NCBI GenBank assembly: GCA_028534125.1
Contig: CM052817.1
Coordinates: forward strand, 24,740,001 to 24,804,000
Length of the DNA stretch: 64,000 nt
Direction of reading: 5' to 3'
Origin: Lama glama
Taxonomy: Eukaryota
Positions 51,101 through 64,000 of the stretch are shown piece by piece. The stretch's first letter is position 1; each line of letters begins with the position of its first letter. Both the position numbers and the translations under genes were made by a program. Under the pieces are notes generated by a model. That model made no database searches, was not told the origin of the DNA, and worked only from the letters and a program-made list of their open reading frames with translations.

Positions 51101-51519
51101 TATCAGGAGGACACACCGGAGTGCTTGCCTGCTGGCAGCCTAGCTGTCCTGTGAATCTGAAAGCTCTAGGTGGCGGAGAGTGGAGGAGGTTTTCACAGCA
51201 AAGCTGATTCCTCCACCGCCCGGCGCAGGTGTTTAAGGGTAGATGTTTCCAGCTGTCTCTGACAGGAAATGTTTACACATATTTGTAGAATTTCTCTATC
51301 AGCATTGAGCAAGATCGTGCTGTTTTTGAAGAACAGCCAAATGAACACTTGTAACCTAGGATTCATAAAAAATACAGAAAAACTTCGTTGAAGGTATTCT
51401 AGAAATAGTGCTATGAAGCCGTCGTGAGGAGCTCTGACGTGCGCAGGACGGACTTAACCATTCAGGGGAAGACTGCTGCCCGTAAGGGCGTGTGCGGGGT
51501 GCTAAGGTCTCTCCCACTG

Positions 51520-52121
51520 GTTTCTAATTGCAAAAGAGGGGGGAGATAGTATTTCAGTGGAAAGTTCTAGCAGTTACCACCTTGGCCTAGTGGTCACATT
51601 TAGTGTCAGTCATAGCAGGACACCCTGACATTATGTGACTCCTGATGGATGCAGTCTGACATGCACAGGGTCACCTGTGCAGTATTCATGCCAGACATGT
51701 GTGGCCCGAATCTCATGAGGCCTCTGGATATACCTCCCAGCTGCAGGAAAGACCTGGGCGACAGCAACGAGGTCAATGGCACCAGGAGAAAACAAGCAGG
51801 TGAACTAGATTGTGGAGTCTTCTACAAGACCGCTGCCTGGTCTTCAAAGGGACAATTTTTTTTAAGTGAACAATTCTTTTAGCATAAAGCGGAACAAAAA
51901 GATGTAACAACCAATTAATTATCCACATCTGAAAATTATTTTCAAATGGTTTAGCAAAATTTAATATATATATGTATATGTATATATGTATGTGTGTGTA
52001 TATATATATACTTCCATACATATAAAAACACACTCATACAAACAAAATGTTAACAAATGTTGAATAAAGTTGGGGGATACACATTGTACTCTCAACTTTT
52101 TTGAATATTTTCAATGATTTC
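51520..52121 (+). mobile_element. L1ME-type 3' end
   Basis: accaccttggcctagtggtcaca..tgacattatgtgactcctgat...aaatgttaacaa..cattgtactctcaacttttttgaatatttt. Confidence 0.6.
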
Positions 52122-52580
52122 TGCTGGGCTGCACCTCGCAGGCCTACAAAGCCTGTACTGGCCCACCTTCAAGACGGAAGAAAGAGCCCAGAGTCAGTGA
52201 CAGAGACAACAGGGGGTTAATGGATAGGGGGGCTTACATGTCTGAAGCCAGGTCTTGGAGCGACTCCCCACCGAGTGTGGCAGACGGCAGGCAGGGCAGG
52301 CAGGACATGGCGGCGGGCTTCGCTCCCAGGGGGCAGGGGGAGCTTAGCAGTTATAGGGGAATTGATGTCAGGTTGGTCATTAATGTTACCAGGGAAACCA
52401 GCAGAGGGGCACGCCCCTCCCCACCCCTTTGGTAAGAATAATCACTAGCCAGGGCAGAGGCAAGCATGTAGGAAGGTCAGTCTTGTGAGCAGGGTGTGGC
52501 TGTAGGTGAAGCAGACACTGGTCAAGCAGGGGGCGTCCAGAGAGCAAGAGAACAGCCACCTTGAATGGCTTGACCATACA
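52122..52580 (-). mobile_element. ERV solo LTR (family not identified)
   Basis: TG...CA termini, near-TSD atttc (52117-52121) / gtttc (52581-52585), GC-rich relative to its flanks, and it interrupts the extreme 3' end of an L1ME. Confidence 0.65.
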
Positions 52581-53329
52581 GTTTCCATAACGTGTGGGGA
52601 AATATCTCTATTCCTAATCTTTCCATGCTGGAAAATGCCTCCTCCAGATTTGATCGCTAGAAGTGTTAGAGGTGGAAGTCATTCCTGCAACTTTTTCTCA
52701 GCATTTCTTCAGTTAGACTCCTGGAAGTATTCACCCAAGTGCAGGCCACATCAATGAACTGTTTCTTTCTCCTCCTTCACTTTCTGTTTCTGGAGTGAGA
52801 TAGGTTTCCTCAGGCTCGACTGAGGAGCTGGTTCACCTTCTCGACATCAGCTAGTCACCAGAGTCCTGAATACAAATACCGTGGTGCTTTGCCTCTGTTG
52901 GATACATGCTTAAAAGAAAGATAATAAGGTGTCAGCATAATGTGACGTGATTAGTTTGTTTTGAAACAGCACATGGTAATTTATGTATTCAAATGCTCTC
53001 TTCAAAAGCATACCTTGCATAAACCGGTTTCAACATATGCCTTTTAAGATCATCTTCAAGGCTCATATTACATTCTCCTCAAAGGTCACATATCTGTGTC
53101 CTTTAAGGAGTGGATTTGTGTGAATAGCTAAATATCACTGAGGGTCACAAGTAGTAAATAAATTAATTAAGCAAGTGAAGTAATGCCCTTCTGGCCACTC
53201 AGTGGGATTATACAACAGTGATATTTATTTTTTGAAATAATAATTCTTTTTAAAGGCAGTTCAGAAATGTTTAAGGTAATGTTAGCATCATTTGAAGAAC
53301 ATTACAAGTTAAGCTTTTTGGATGCTCCC

Positions 53330-54440
53330 TTGAATGTGTAAGTTTAATCTTGACTCTGAGATCACTGGCCAAGAAATCTTTCCAGACCTCAGTTTTCCCA
53401 TCTGTAAAACAGGAATAACAATGCCTACCTCAAAGGATCATAAGGCCTAAATGAGTTGATACATGCAAAGCATTCAAAACAATGCCTGGCAACTAGTAAA
53501 TTTCAACAAATGTTGTCTACTATTACAAGTATTGTCACTACTATGTCTCAAATATTCAGTCATATTACTTTCCAGTTATGTTTACTTATAGGACCTGTAG
53601 TAAGATGGTCCTTTCAGTTGCAAATGAGAGAAACCCAACTTAAAATAGTTTCAGTTAAAAAAAAAACAGAAATAAGAGGATCATCTACTTGGGAAGTTCA
53701 AGTGCCAGTGGTAGCTTCAGGTATGGCTAGATCCAGGATGAAATGATGATGTTAAGGTTCTGTTATTCCTCTCCACCTCTCAGCTCTGCTTCCTTTTTGG
53801 TGATGAGTTGTAGCAGCCTCTCTCCATTAGGGAGAAAAGTAGCTCACTGGTAGCTAGACAACAACCCAAGCCTTGGGCATTATGGCTCACAGTCTCAGAG
53901 AAAGAGACCCTCTCTCCTCCAGCAGGTAGTCATCATTCAAATGTGGACCCAAGTGGCCACACTTGATCCTTGCCCACCTTTGTGCAAACTGCTGTGCTTA
54001 TCTGGAGCAACAAGATTGGCTGGATCCCAAAGTTATCCCTGGTTACTCCAGGCACCCATGGAGTTCTGTGGAATAATTACCAAAGGAAGTCCTTGGGGAC
54101 AAAGCCAAGTCTGCTCTCTCAGAAGTGAACAGCCAGCTTCGGGTAGTTCCACCTCCATTTATTTATCACCTGATAGTTGTTTTTTGACCACTGACTACAT
54201 GGCAGGAACTATATTGGGGTTATACATAAAAGCAAAATGTAATAATAACTAAACTTGATTGAATGGTTGATATGTACCAGATCCTAGGTTTTGTATTCCA
54301 GATGTATTATCTTATTTAATGTCCCTACTAACCCCATGAGGTAAGCACTACTATTATCCCCAGGTGACAAAGAGGCTCAGAGGATTTAGTAACCTTCCCA
54401 AAGCCACATCCTTTGGTAAAACAGAGTTAAGAGATCCATG
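53330..54440. mobile_element. MIR (+, 53330-53520), old MLT1 LTR (-, 53595-54080), MIR (-, 54245-54440)
   Basis: cctcagttttcccatctgtaaaacagg; ttcagttgcaaatgagagaaacccaacttaaa..gcttcaggtatggctagatccagg; accccatgaggtaagcactactattatccc. Confidence 0.65.
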
Positions 54441-55221
54441 TAGATCTGAGCGGTATGTGTGTTGGAATCGATGGTTTCCTGATGTTCAATCATTCAATGG
54501 TGTGTGCTCAGCATGTGCTTCATGAGCTGGGATTTCAACATGTGCTAGAATAAGCAGCACTTGGGGCCAACTGGCAAGTCTGAAACCCATAGCAACAATG
54601 TTTAATTCATGGCAACAATGAATAGTGTGCCAAATAAGAAGGGAGGTAAGGACAGGACTGGACTTGCTCTGTAAGAGGCGGTTGCCTCTGGGGGTGACTA
54701 GGGGAGGCATGGTGAGATTCTGCTCCATGTGAGCAGTCTTACTGTGCTTAATGGAAATGCTTAAACATAACTATATCTCTGGTAAAGAACTACATCTCTG
54801 GTAAAAGGTGGGAGAAGGTAAAAAAGGATTTTGATAGAGGACTAAAATCCATGACAGTGAGGAATTGCCCCAACAAAATCTTATCTCGCTTCCTCTCATG
54901 TAAGAGTTTCGGTTCTGCCACAGGACCTCCAGATAGAGACTACATTCCCCAGCATCCTTTGTGACTCAGTATGGCCCTGTGACCATGATGTCATCAACAC
55001 GAGGGAAGTGAGCCATATCCACCTCCTTTGTTGGAGGAAATTTGTGTCCTGGACTATTTCTGTTCCCCTTCCTGGAAGCTGGATCTTCTCTTGACTCAGC
55101 TTTGACCATACAGAAGAGCGCTGTTTTATTATGAGTATTAATTTAGAAATGCATGCCCCTCCCTAAGATAGGACCTAGAAGTTCAAAATGTCAACGAGTA
55201 GCCAATATAAAAAAGCTTCTG

Positions 55222-55244
55222 AACACACACACACACACACACAC
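55222..55244. repeat. (AC)n microsatellite
   Basis: About 11 AC units. Confidence 0.9.
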
Positions 55245-56689
55245 CTGTGGTTAAAGCAGGATTTACATATATTTCCTTCAATAGGCAAGCAGGGAGAGAG
55301 TTGGTGGGGAAGAGGGGTGGAGGGTGGTCACACACAACCTTATTAGTCCGGCCAGTCTTTCTCTGCCTCCTTCCTGTTAACCCCTAGGCCGCATGTCAGT
55401 GACCCCTGCTAGCAAGATGTCTTTCTCTTATCTACAGGGAGAGTTCGGGATCTCCTCCAAACTGCATGCCACAGTCTGCAAAACCCAGCTTAGTATTCCC
55501 AGAGAGGTGCACGAGATGGATGCTGGATGTTCTGTGACGGTAGGGCAGGCTGGGCTGGAGCTACAGGAGTATTGGCTTAGATGCTCATTGGTGCCTCCAC
55601 TGCCTTTCTCTCCAATGCAAACAACTTGTTCATACTGCTTGCTTTTCGTGTATAAACATGTTTTCCTTTGTTTTTTAAACTTATCTCAAAAACAACATAT
55701 GCAATGACAAATTTCATGAAAATGTTTTTATGACATCTCTTAAGTTCAGCCTGTTTACAGATTGTCAAAGTAGGATGTAAACACTCTGTCAAAACAGGTT
55801 CCCTTGCATGGAAAGGGGGAGTGAGGCATCCTCTAAATACTTATACAAACCACACACGTCACAGGGACAGAGTCTACCGGACAGGGGAACAACATGTGTA
55901 GCCATGTGTAGCCGAGCTGTCCCGCCAGCCCGGACTGCCTGGATTGAGACTGGAAAGAACAAAGGCTTCTTTCTTTCTGAAGCCCTTGCATTTCTGGATT
56001 TCTCTGTTATAGCTGCTTAGCCTTTATCCTGGCAAACACACGGAGGATAAGGAGGCAATCAGTGTTCACTGAGTAAGTGAATGAAAGCATGAGTGAAGAC
56101 GTATTTCCTCATACGTCTCCAACAACACAGCATCCCATACTGTTTTGTCTTACCTGTTTCTGGGACAGCGTGTCTCCAAAGACAGCTCCAAGCTGTGGAA
56201 GGTCACAGAGTCACACCGTGCCAGGGCAGGAGTGCCAGCTGCGGAGGAGAGACAGAGCCACCTCGGCCTCGTGCACCTGCAGGCGGCTGCTAAGACGCCG
56301 GGGCAGGAACTCTGGCCTCCAGATGCACCTGATGCTCCAGCTCCGGGGAATAAACACCACAGCCTTGTCACAAATGCTCCAGTGTCAGAGATTTTTGAGT
56401 GAAAAATTAAATAACAGATGGCAAAATAAAGACCCCTTACAAAGGTGAAGTCTATGCTTTGTATGCGCATTATGCTTTTTTTGTGTGCGGTCAACGTTTG
56501 CGCCACTTCCTATGGATGACAAGCTTGCTCTGCAGCCCCGCTTACAGCCAATAATCAGCAGTTACTGGTGTTACCGTCACTGCCACCTCTGCCACGTAAA
56601 CGTTTACTGTCAACTCTAATTCACAGAAAGTGTTGCAGAGAGCCACCAACTCAGGTCTCAGGGCAAAAAGTCTTTTCTTGACTATAGAT

Positions 56690-56770
56690 TTTTTTTTAAG
56701 TTGAAGTATAGTTGATTGTGTCAGTTTCTGGTGTACAGCAAAGTGATACAGTTATACATACATACATATA

Positions 56771-56831
<61 letters not shown>

Positions 56832-56887
56832 TTTTTCAGATTCTTTTTCATTACAGGTTATTACAAGATACTGAATATAGTTCCCAG
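56690..56887 (-). mobile_element. L1 3' end with an expanded (TG)n(TA)n microsatellite (about 56760-56828)
   Basis: ttgaagtatagttgatt..ggtgtacagcaaagtgat..TA repeat..acaagatactgaatatagttccc. Confidence 0.85.
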
Positions 56888-58007
56888 GTTTGAGGCCTGG
56901 GATGGGAAGGAGAGAGAGAATGGAGGACTCTGTTTCCTGCCAGGAACTGGGTTTGCAGCGCCGGTGATAACAATGCTTTACAACGCTATCTCACAGTCCT
57001 AAGGTGCTTCCTTGGACCAGGAACGAGTTTAACTTGTATGTGTGTTAAGTCATTTCATCCTCATGAGGACCTTTGCGATAAGTATAGTTATTCTCCTTTA
57101 TTTATAGATAATGAACCCAAGTCACAGAGAGGTTAAGTCAGTTGCCTGAGGTCACACAGCAGTAAGTGGTGGAGCTATGATCTAGTCCTGGAAACTAGGC
57201 TCTTACCCACTGTGCTACACTGCCAAAGCCCAGGGAGCAGGTGGGGATTAAAATGCAACCAGTGTCTGCCTTGGCATGGGACTCTGCCTACACAGAGGAA
57301 GGGGGATTTTTTAAAACTGGCTCAAAGAAACCCTTGCTCGCTAAGGTTGCATCTGTCCAGAGGGGACACTTTTTTCGATTGTCAGGCGGTAGCCTGGCAG
57401 CACCACCTCTCACTGGTACAGGCTAAGACTCAGGGCGGCCTGCTGGTGCGTGCAGCACGTGCTGGTGAACGTGCTGGTATGGCTGCAGCCGTGATGACTT
57501 CCACTTCCACTCCTACTAATTGTGGCTTTCGTGTTCTCCAGTCAGCCACTTCCCTTCACGTGACCAACCCAGCAGAAATGAACTACAATGAGCAGGAGCT
57601 CGGAGCTGAGGGCTGGCCACCCGCCAGCACCGCGGGGTGGAAAGAGCTCGACTTTGTACCACCTGCTAGGCCGCCTGCCTGCCCGTGAAGCAGGAACAGG
57701 GCAGCTCTTTGGGGATGGTTGTGGACACTCGGAATAAAATCAGGGGCCACACCCAAAGTTAAAACTCCGCCATGGAAGGCTTTTGTTGTTGTTGTTCTAT
57801 AAGAAAAAAAATTTTTTTGTTTAATGTTCTGACTGTTCTACTTCTGAAAATAAGTAGCAAGAAATTAAAACTTTACCAACAATGAAATGTGCACAGTGGT
57901 TCTATGTCATAGACAGGTGTGGGGTCAGGAGACTCAGGCCAGGGACAGGGCTCAGCCACCTCCTACTACATGGACTTGGCCAATTGCCTCTGCTCTCTGG
58001 ATCCAAC

Positions 58008-58867
58008 TGTGACAGAATGAGAAATATATGTTTGGTCTCTACCACCTGTTCCTGACACAGAACTCCTATCACCCAAGTAATGGGGTATAAGAAGGACTTT
58101 TGTTCTACTCTTTGGTCTTTGACCCTTGTTCCTGACACAGAGCTCCTAAATCCCCTGGCATTTCTTGGGTGATTAGAGTGTCTTTCAGTGAAATGAGGTG
58201 ACTCTGGGTGAGCTTCTGGAAGGCTTCAGGATGCTCATTGGGAAGACCAGGCTGTGATTAGGAGCTTGGAATTTTCAGCCCCACCTCTATCTTCTGGGCT
58301 GGGGAGAGGGGCTGGAGATTGAGTTAATAATCAATCATGCCTATGTGATGGAGCCTCCATAAAAATCCCTAAACTCTGGGATGTGGGGAGATTCTGGGTT
58401 GGTGAACACATCCATGTGCCCGGAGGGTGTGCACCCCAATTCCACTAGGACAAAACTCCTGTACTCAGAGCCCTTCCAGACCTGACCCCTTGTACCTCTT
58501 TATCTGGCTGTTCATTGGCATCTTTATAAGCGAGTGTTCTCCTAATTTCTGTGAGCCATTACAGCAAACTGTCAAACCTGGGGAGGGACCAAGGGAATAC
58601 CCAATTTGCAGCCAAGAAGAACAGATGTATGAGTAACATGGAGACTCACTACCTGTGACTGGCATCTGAAGGAGGGGCAGTCTTGTGGGAATGAGCCCCT
58701 CACTTGCGAGGTCTGCCCTAACTCTGCGTAGGGAGTGTCAGAACAGAGTTATAGTACACCCTGTTGGTGCCCAGAGAGTTGGAGAGTTGGTTGGTGTAGG
58801 AAAAATCCCCACATTTTTGGTGTCAGAAGTATTGAGATTAGAGTCAGAAACATATTTTCCTTTACCA
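58008..58867 (+). mobile_element. MER21B-like solo LTR inserted in a MIR
   Basis: tgtgacagaatgagaaatatat...gttcctgacacagagctcctaaatccc...ggggctggagattgagttaataatc...ggcatctgaaggaggggcagtcttgtggga. MIR halves lie at about 57915-58007 and 58870-58965. Confidence 0.85.
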
Positions 58868-59547
58868 CCAAAAAGGGGAAATAAATAAATCTGTCTCACA
58901 AGGTTGTTGTGAGAAACAAATGAGACGATATATGTTAAAAGTGCCCAGAAGAGCACCTGGCACGGATGGATGCTCTAGAGAGGATCGCCGTTCTCAAAGA
59001 AGAGGGGAGGGAAGCCTGAGAGAGTAAGAGGAAGGAAAGCTTGTTTTCAAGCCAGGTGTTTTCTCAAAGAGTTATCTCATGTTATGATTTGCAACCCTCC
59101 CCCCGCCAAGGTCACTATCCTTACCCCTATCCTAATAAATAAGGTGTTTCAGGTTCAGAGGGATCAAGTGACTGGACCAAGGTCCGAAGTTTGGGAGTGA
59201 TTGAACCAAAATGCAAAAATCAGGTCCTAATGACAGCAGATCTCAACACAGAGATGAAGCGGAGGAAGAGAAGAGAGGACGGGGGAAAGGAGGGACACAC
59301 ATGTAGAGAGGATGTGGATGGAGACACCAGGGAGGAGGAGCAGGAAGCAGAGTCAGTCGACCACCTGCTGTTTTACCTGTTAGGGGTCACAGGGACTGCG
59401 GTCATGCGGGTCACGCGTACGTCCTGTCATCTCATCACTTGCCTTCATTATGTCTCTAACGCTTCAGCTGTTATCCACTGTCTGAAATTAGCTTTCTCAA
59501 TTTTCAAGTTTTCCTTCTTGGAATGTCTTTTTCCTTCCCTGGGTACC

Positions 59548-60034
59548 TGTGACATCCTGAATAACAGCCGCCCAAAGAGGACCACACTCCAATCCCCAGA
59601 ACCCGTGAACACGTTACCTTATTTGGCAAAGGCGATCTGCAGAGTAATTATGGTAAGGATCTTGAGATGGGAAGAGTTTTCTGAATTATTCAGGTTTGCC
59701 CAATATAATCACAAGTGTCTTTATAAGAGGGAGGCAATAGAGTCAAGGTTCAAGAGAGAAGTTGCAAGGATGGAAGCAGAGGCCAGAGAGGAAAGAAGAT
59801 GCTTTGAAGATGGAGGAAGGGGGCTAGCACCCCAAAAGTGGAGTTAGGCTCTCAAAGCAGAAAAGGCAAGGAAATAAGTTCTCCCCTAGAATTTCCAGGA
59901 GGAACCAGCCCTGCCGACAACTTGATTTTTAGCCCATTGAAATGAATTTCAGACTTCTGACCTCCAGAACCGTAAGAGCCTAACTTTGTGCTGTTCGTGG
60001 TCATCTGTTACAGCAGCAACAGGGAAGTAACACA
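59548..60034 (+). mobile_element. MLT1D solo LTR
   Basis: tg..gaataac..cccaaaga..atccccagaacc..gttaccttatttggcaaagg...gacttctgacctccagaacc...ttacagcagcaacagggaagtaacaca. Confidence 0.85.
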
Positions 60035-62806
60035 GGACCTCACCCCCACCCCTTGTGCAGCTTGGTACTGTTGGGCCTTAGTCAGTATAAAACTAGTAAC
60101 AGCTGCTTGCAGAGTGCTTCAGTGCCTGAGCATTTATCATGTGTAAGGCTCTCTGTCCGTTGACCACTGGGTCCCACAAATATTCTATTACTTGTCCACA
60201 GCTCCCTGAGCCAAGTTTCAAACCCACATGTGTCCAGCCTCACAACAATACTCTCAACCAGAACTCCCAACAGCCTCTTCACTTTCTATTATTCACTCAA
60301 TACCTCATTTGATCCTTGTGCAAGGCCTTTAAGGAGGGTATTTAAAAAAAAATCATCCTTCATTTATAGTTGAGGAAGTCGACGGCCAGAGAATTTAAGT
60401 GATTTTGCCAAGGTCATTCACCCAGCAAGCGTCAAAGCCAGCCCTCAGACAGATCAAATGCTTCATTCTCTCTGGCCCATTCAGGAGAAAGAATTGCTCC
60501 TCCCTTGGATCCCACAGGACTTTGTAAATATCTCGATCACCACAATGGATTCCAATTATATGCGTTTGTAATGGGAGCCTTTAGAATCCCAGACCCTTGT
60601 GGTTCAGTCTATCTATGATGTCAGAATTAGAGGCACAAGCAGCCAAAAACATTCAAAAAGGAAGTCTTTATTTTTTAACTTATCTCTCAAAAATAAAGGT
60701 GGGGGAATCCCATTCAAAACCTCCAGTTACATTTTTATACCCCGCCCCTGTCTCCCGTTCTCTTACCCCACGGCCCCAAGGCCTCTCAGCCATCACTCAC
60801 GTCCCTGGGTCTCTCCTTCTCTCAGGCCCCAGAGGCATTTTCCTTCCACTTTCTCATCTCCCCTCCTGGAATTCCCTATTATTAGACCTACTCAGTCTCT
60901 CCTCTCAGTCTTTGCCTCCTCCTTTCATCTATTTTTAATTCTGCATCCCAGGCTTTTAACTCATCTCAGAGAGTATCTCACAGCCGGAGAGGCCCAAAGG
61001 CGAGCAGCCCAACAGAGCAGTCTCTTTATCTAGAGTTGGGGTGGGGGTGGAGCAAGGGACAGCCTGGAAGGATTTTCATTCACCTTATACCCTGCCACAC
61101 TAGTCAGGATAGCAAAACGTTGTGTGGGTACCACTTCTGTTCCAGATGCTGCGCTGGTCAGCTTATCTATGCTACTTCCAATCTTCCCAGCATCCCTGAG
61201 AAGTAGGTATTTCATTGGAAGAAGCCAAGTCAGGGACTATGTGATTCCCCCGGGTTCCACGGCCTCCCCCAAAAGCGCTCTCCCTTTCCTGGTCCCACAC
61301 TACCTCCCAGCAAATGTTCTAAATAAACTATGAGTTCCTCAAGGTCAGGTACCACATCTTACTCATTGTTTTATTCCCAGAGCCTAATACCGAGCCCGGC
61401 ACATTAAAAGTATTTGAACAAAATGCAATGCTCTCCTGACCCCTTCAGCACAATTCTAGCAGATGTTGCCTCAGGCATAATCTCAGCCCCAAGAGTAATA
61501 CTTCTCCTTGCTTTCCATTTACCGAAGTCACCATGTTCACCCTACCTGGGCTCTTAGACCCTGAGGTCTAGGGTCGAGTGGACTTTTGCATACATCTAGT
61601 CCACGTCTCTTACTTTATCCACTAGGAAACTGAGTCCAGCGAGGTGGCTAATCTGGTGAGTGTCCTTGTCCAGCATATTACAGGGTTTCTCCTTGCTGAA
61701 GGGTAATTGCAAATACAAAACAGGAATTTGGCACCGGCATCCTTCAGGTGGTTTTCTTGGTGACAGCCTGGACCTGTTCCCAGAAAGCTACATGGCAAAC
61801 AGGTTATCTTTTTACATAGTTTTCCAGGAAGTTTTGTGTTCTATCACTGAATTCAGAATAGGTTGAACTGAAATTTTCCGTCAGTTCTGGGAAAGCCATT
61901 TGACCTCCTAAGGGTTTTATTAATTTGGCCATCCAAAAAAAGAAAGAAAAGAAAGAACACTGACCTGAGAACAAAGGAGATTTGCGTTCCAGTCCTGACT
62001 CTGATACTTGGTCTCAGGCAATTTCCCAAACGTCTGACAGCTGACTTTGACTCACGGGCTCTCTAACGGCTTTCAGAAACTGCGCAGCAATCTAGGATGC
62101 TTCTACCCAGCCTTCCTCTTCTGTCCTCTTCATTTGTTGTCTGACGACTCTCCTAGCCCCTTGCCTGGACCCTCCTCATTTTGTCTCAGGTGCTTCCATT
62201 AATAGAGTCCTTGAGCATTTAATCCCATTTTGGTGTCTTCTTCTTTGAGGACCCAAATTAACATGTTTCCAACCTCCTTCAAATTCAAATTGTTCTCATT
62301 GGAGTCCTTCAGTCATGCATCTCTTCCCCTTCCAGACCCAGAATTCATTTTTGTTCAACCAGTATTGACAAACTGCCCATCTTGTCCCAGGCACAGTGCT
62401 GGTGGGAACAGTGATGGACAAGCCAGACGTGGTCTCCTGGAGCATTCATTCTGGGTCAGTCTTCCTCTGCTTTTATCTCACTTTATCAAAATCCTACTCT
62501 TTCAAGAGCTCCATCTCAGTTCTTCCTGATTCTACTTAAACCATCCCACCCTGGAGTTCTCCGTTGTCTGCAGAACCTCCCTATTTCTTTGTTTGCATTA
62601 CTATTTTGGTACTTACACTGCCTTATGCTACGTTTCTGTTTACATATTATCAGCTTGATTATTAAATGTTTAAGGACAGGAACACTCTTTAATATTTTTG
62701 TGTGCTAAAGCACAATTGGCATGCAATAAAAAATGAGATTTATCATTTAATGAGTGCTTATGATTTTCCAGTCAAAGAGATTTTCAGTACTGTGCAAGTG
62801 GGTGAA

Positions 62807-63297
62807 TGTATTAAGCATGTCTTATTTTCTGGATTCTGATGCTTTGACATCTGGGCTTTGCTGACCTGGAGGGACTTCCCCTCCCAGGGTCAGGCAATTC
62901 CTAAAGGTAATAAACAAGTCTCTCACCAGTATACTCTTCAACTCTAAGCCACCCAATCCAGAATCCACACCCCAACAGTCTCCTTATCTCACCCTCTTGA
63001 CCACCATCCACCTGCCCTAATCACCCCAAAGCCATGCACTGGACAATTACAGCTGCCCTGTGCCCCAGAGTCTGCTGAGACTATTCAAACTGGCCAATTC
63101 CTGGGACTGTTCACTCTGCCTCACCCACTAATTCCTGCAGAAACAACAGTGAAGATTTGCCCACAGTCCCCTGCTCTCCCTCTCTCTCCTGACTGCCCTC
63201 GGTGTTTGCCCCCAACTTGGGAACCGTAAGAAACAATTTCTTCAATTTGAATCCCAATGTGTTGGTCTTGCTATAACTCAAAATTTCTATTAACACA
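62807..63297 (+). mobile_element. MER74A-like ERVL solo LTR
   Basis: tgtattaagcatgt..ttttctggattctgatgctttgacatctggg..ttgctgacc..ggagggact.cccctcccaggg...ctattaacaca. Confidence 0.75.
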
Positions 63298-64000
63298 CTA
63301 TTTTAAAGCCATAAGGAAGGTACCAGATTTTTTTAAAGAGGGAAATGGTATGGAAAAAATTAATAATATCATTCTATATTTGGTAAAAAAAAAAATACAT
63401 ATCCAATTGTTCTAGAACTTCAAATAAAGTAAGATCTGACCCTATTTTCTTGATAGATGGCAATATTCAGACTCTGTAGTGATTTTCTACCAGAGTCAGC
63501 AGTGGAGGAAATGTACGAGGAGGGAGGAGAGAGACTTCTGTGTTTGCCTAAAAGGAGGTGTATTCATTAGGATAGGACTAGGGCATTGAAACAAGGAACA
63601 ATAAGCAAAAAGGAGCTTAAAGAGGATTGATGTGGATTTCTCTCCCATGGAACTGTGTGAGGCGAGTGTTCGAGGCAGTTAGAAGCTCTGCTCCATTGAG
63701 TCGTTCAGGGACTCCTGGCCTTGGCCTCGTCCACATGGTCAAGGCTGGGTCTCCAGCGGTCCTAACCAGGGAAGAGGCATGGAGGAGGCACACCCAGTGT
63801 CTTAGCCAGGAGCCCAGAGTGGCTTGTCTTGTGTTCAGTCACATTCTTTCGGTGAGAAGGACCACAGCTAACTGCAGGCAGCTGGGACATAGAGAATGAG
63901 CAGTCACCCACCCAGTGACCACTTCATTACCATGGAAGACAGAGAACTCATTTAGGGGGAGAGGGGCTGACTTTGCTGCAGTACCATAGACGGGAAAAGC

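Noticed and set aside
54770..54806. Short tandem duplication ta.atctctggtaaa (also ctcctgggg x2 at 44881)
   Set aside because: Ordinary slippage micro-duplications with no further structure.
58031..58148. Two ~38-bp direct repeats (tttggtct...gttcctgacacaga.ctccta) with a spacer, superficially CRISPR-like
   Set aside because: Only two imperfect copies, internal to a MER21 LTR in a mammalian genome.
59191..59847. 218-aa ORF
   Set aside because: TTG start, spans a MIR end, purine-rich unique DNA and an MLT1D LTR, with no recognisable protein.
1..64000. A novel multi-gene, defence or CRISPR-type system
   Set aside because: The window is eukaryotic intron and intergenic DNA. Apart from one RELL1 exon, all recognisable coding signal comes from L1 or retrocopies.

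Overview
Mammalian genomic DNA, most likely a camelid. The young SINEs are short tRNA-derived elements resembling camelid vic-1, and I saw no Alu, B1, Bov-A/BovB, PRE-1 or Can-SINE. The only host gene I can support is the first coding exon of RELL1 (minus strand, ATG at 7010, splice donor after 6923). It sits in a CpG island with a GC-box promoter, and positions 1-6922 are its intron 1. The remaining ~56 kb is upstream/intergenic DNA (towards PGM2 if human synteny holds) made mostly of old repeats: MIR, L2, L1M, MLT1, MER21, MER74, LTR16 and MER DNA transposons. It also holds lineage-specific L1 and SINE insertions, one 500-N assembly gap inside a young L1, a full-length RPL36 processed pseudogene and an unidentified ~1.2 kb retrocopy. 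I see no evidence of a new multi-gene system. The most unusual signals are retrotransposition and mutation-process oddities: an RPL36 retrocopy with AT-to-GC skewed changes and retained CpGs, a SINE carrying an L1 ORF2 fragment inside one target-site duplication (TSD), an unidentified RG-rich retrocopy, a twin-primed inverted L1 without a poly(A), and a MIR>L1>MaLR nest. Repeat family names come from recalled consensus sequences, not a RepeatMasker run, and most repeat boundaries are approximate.
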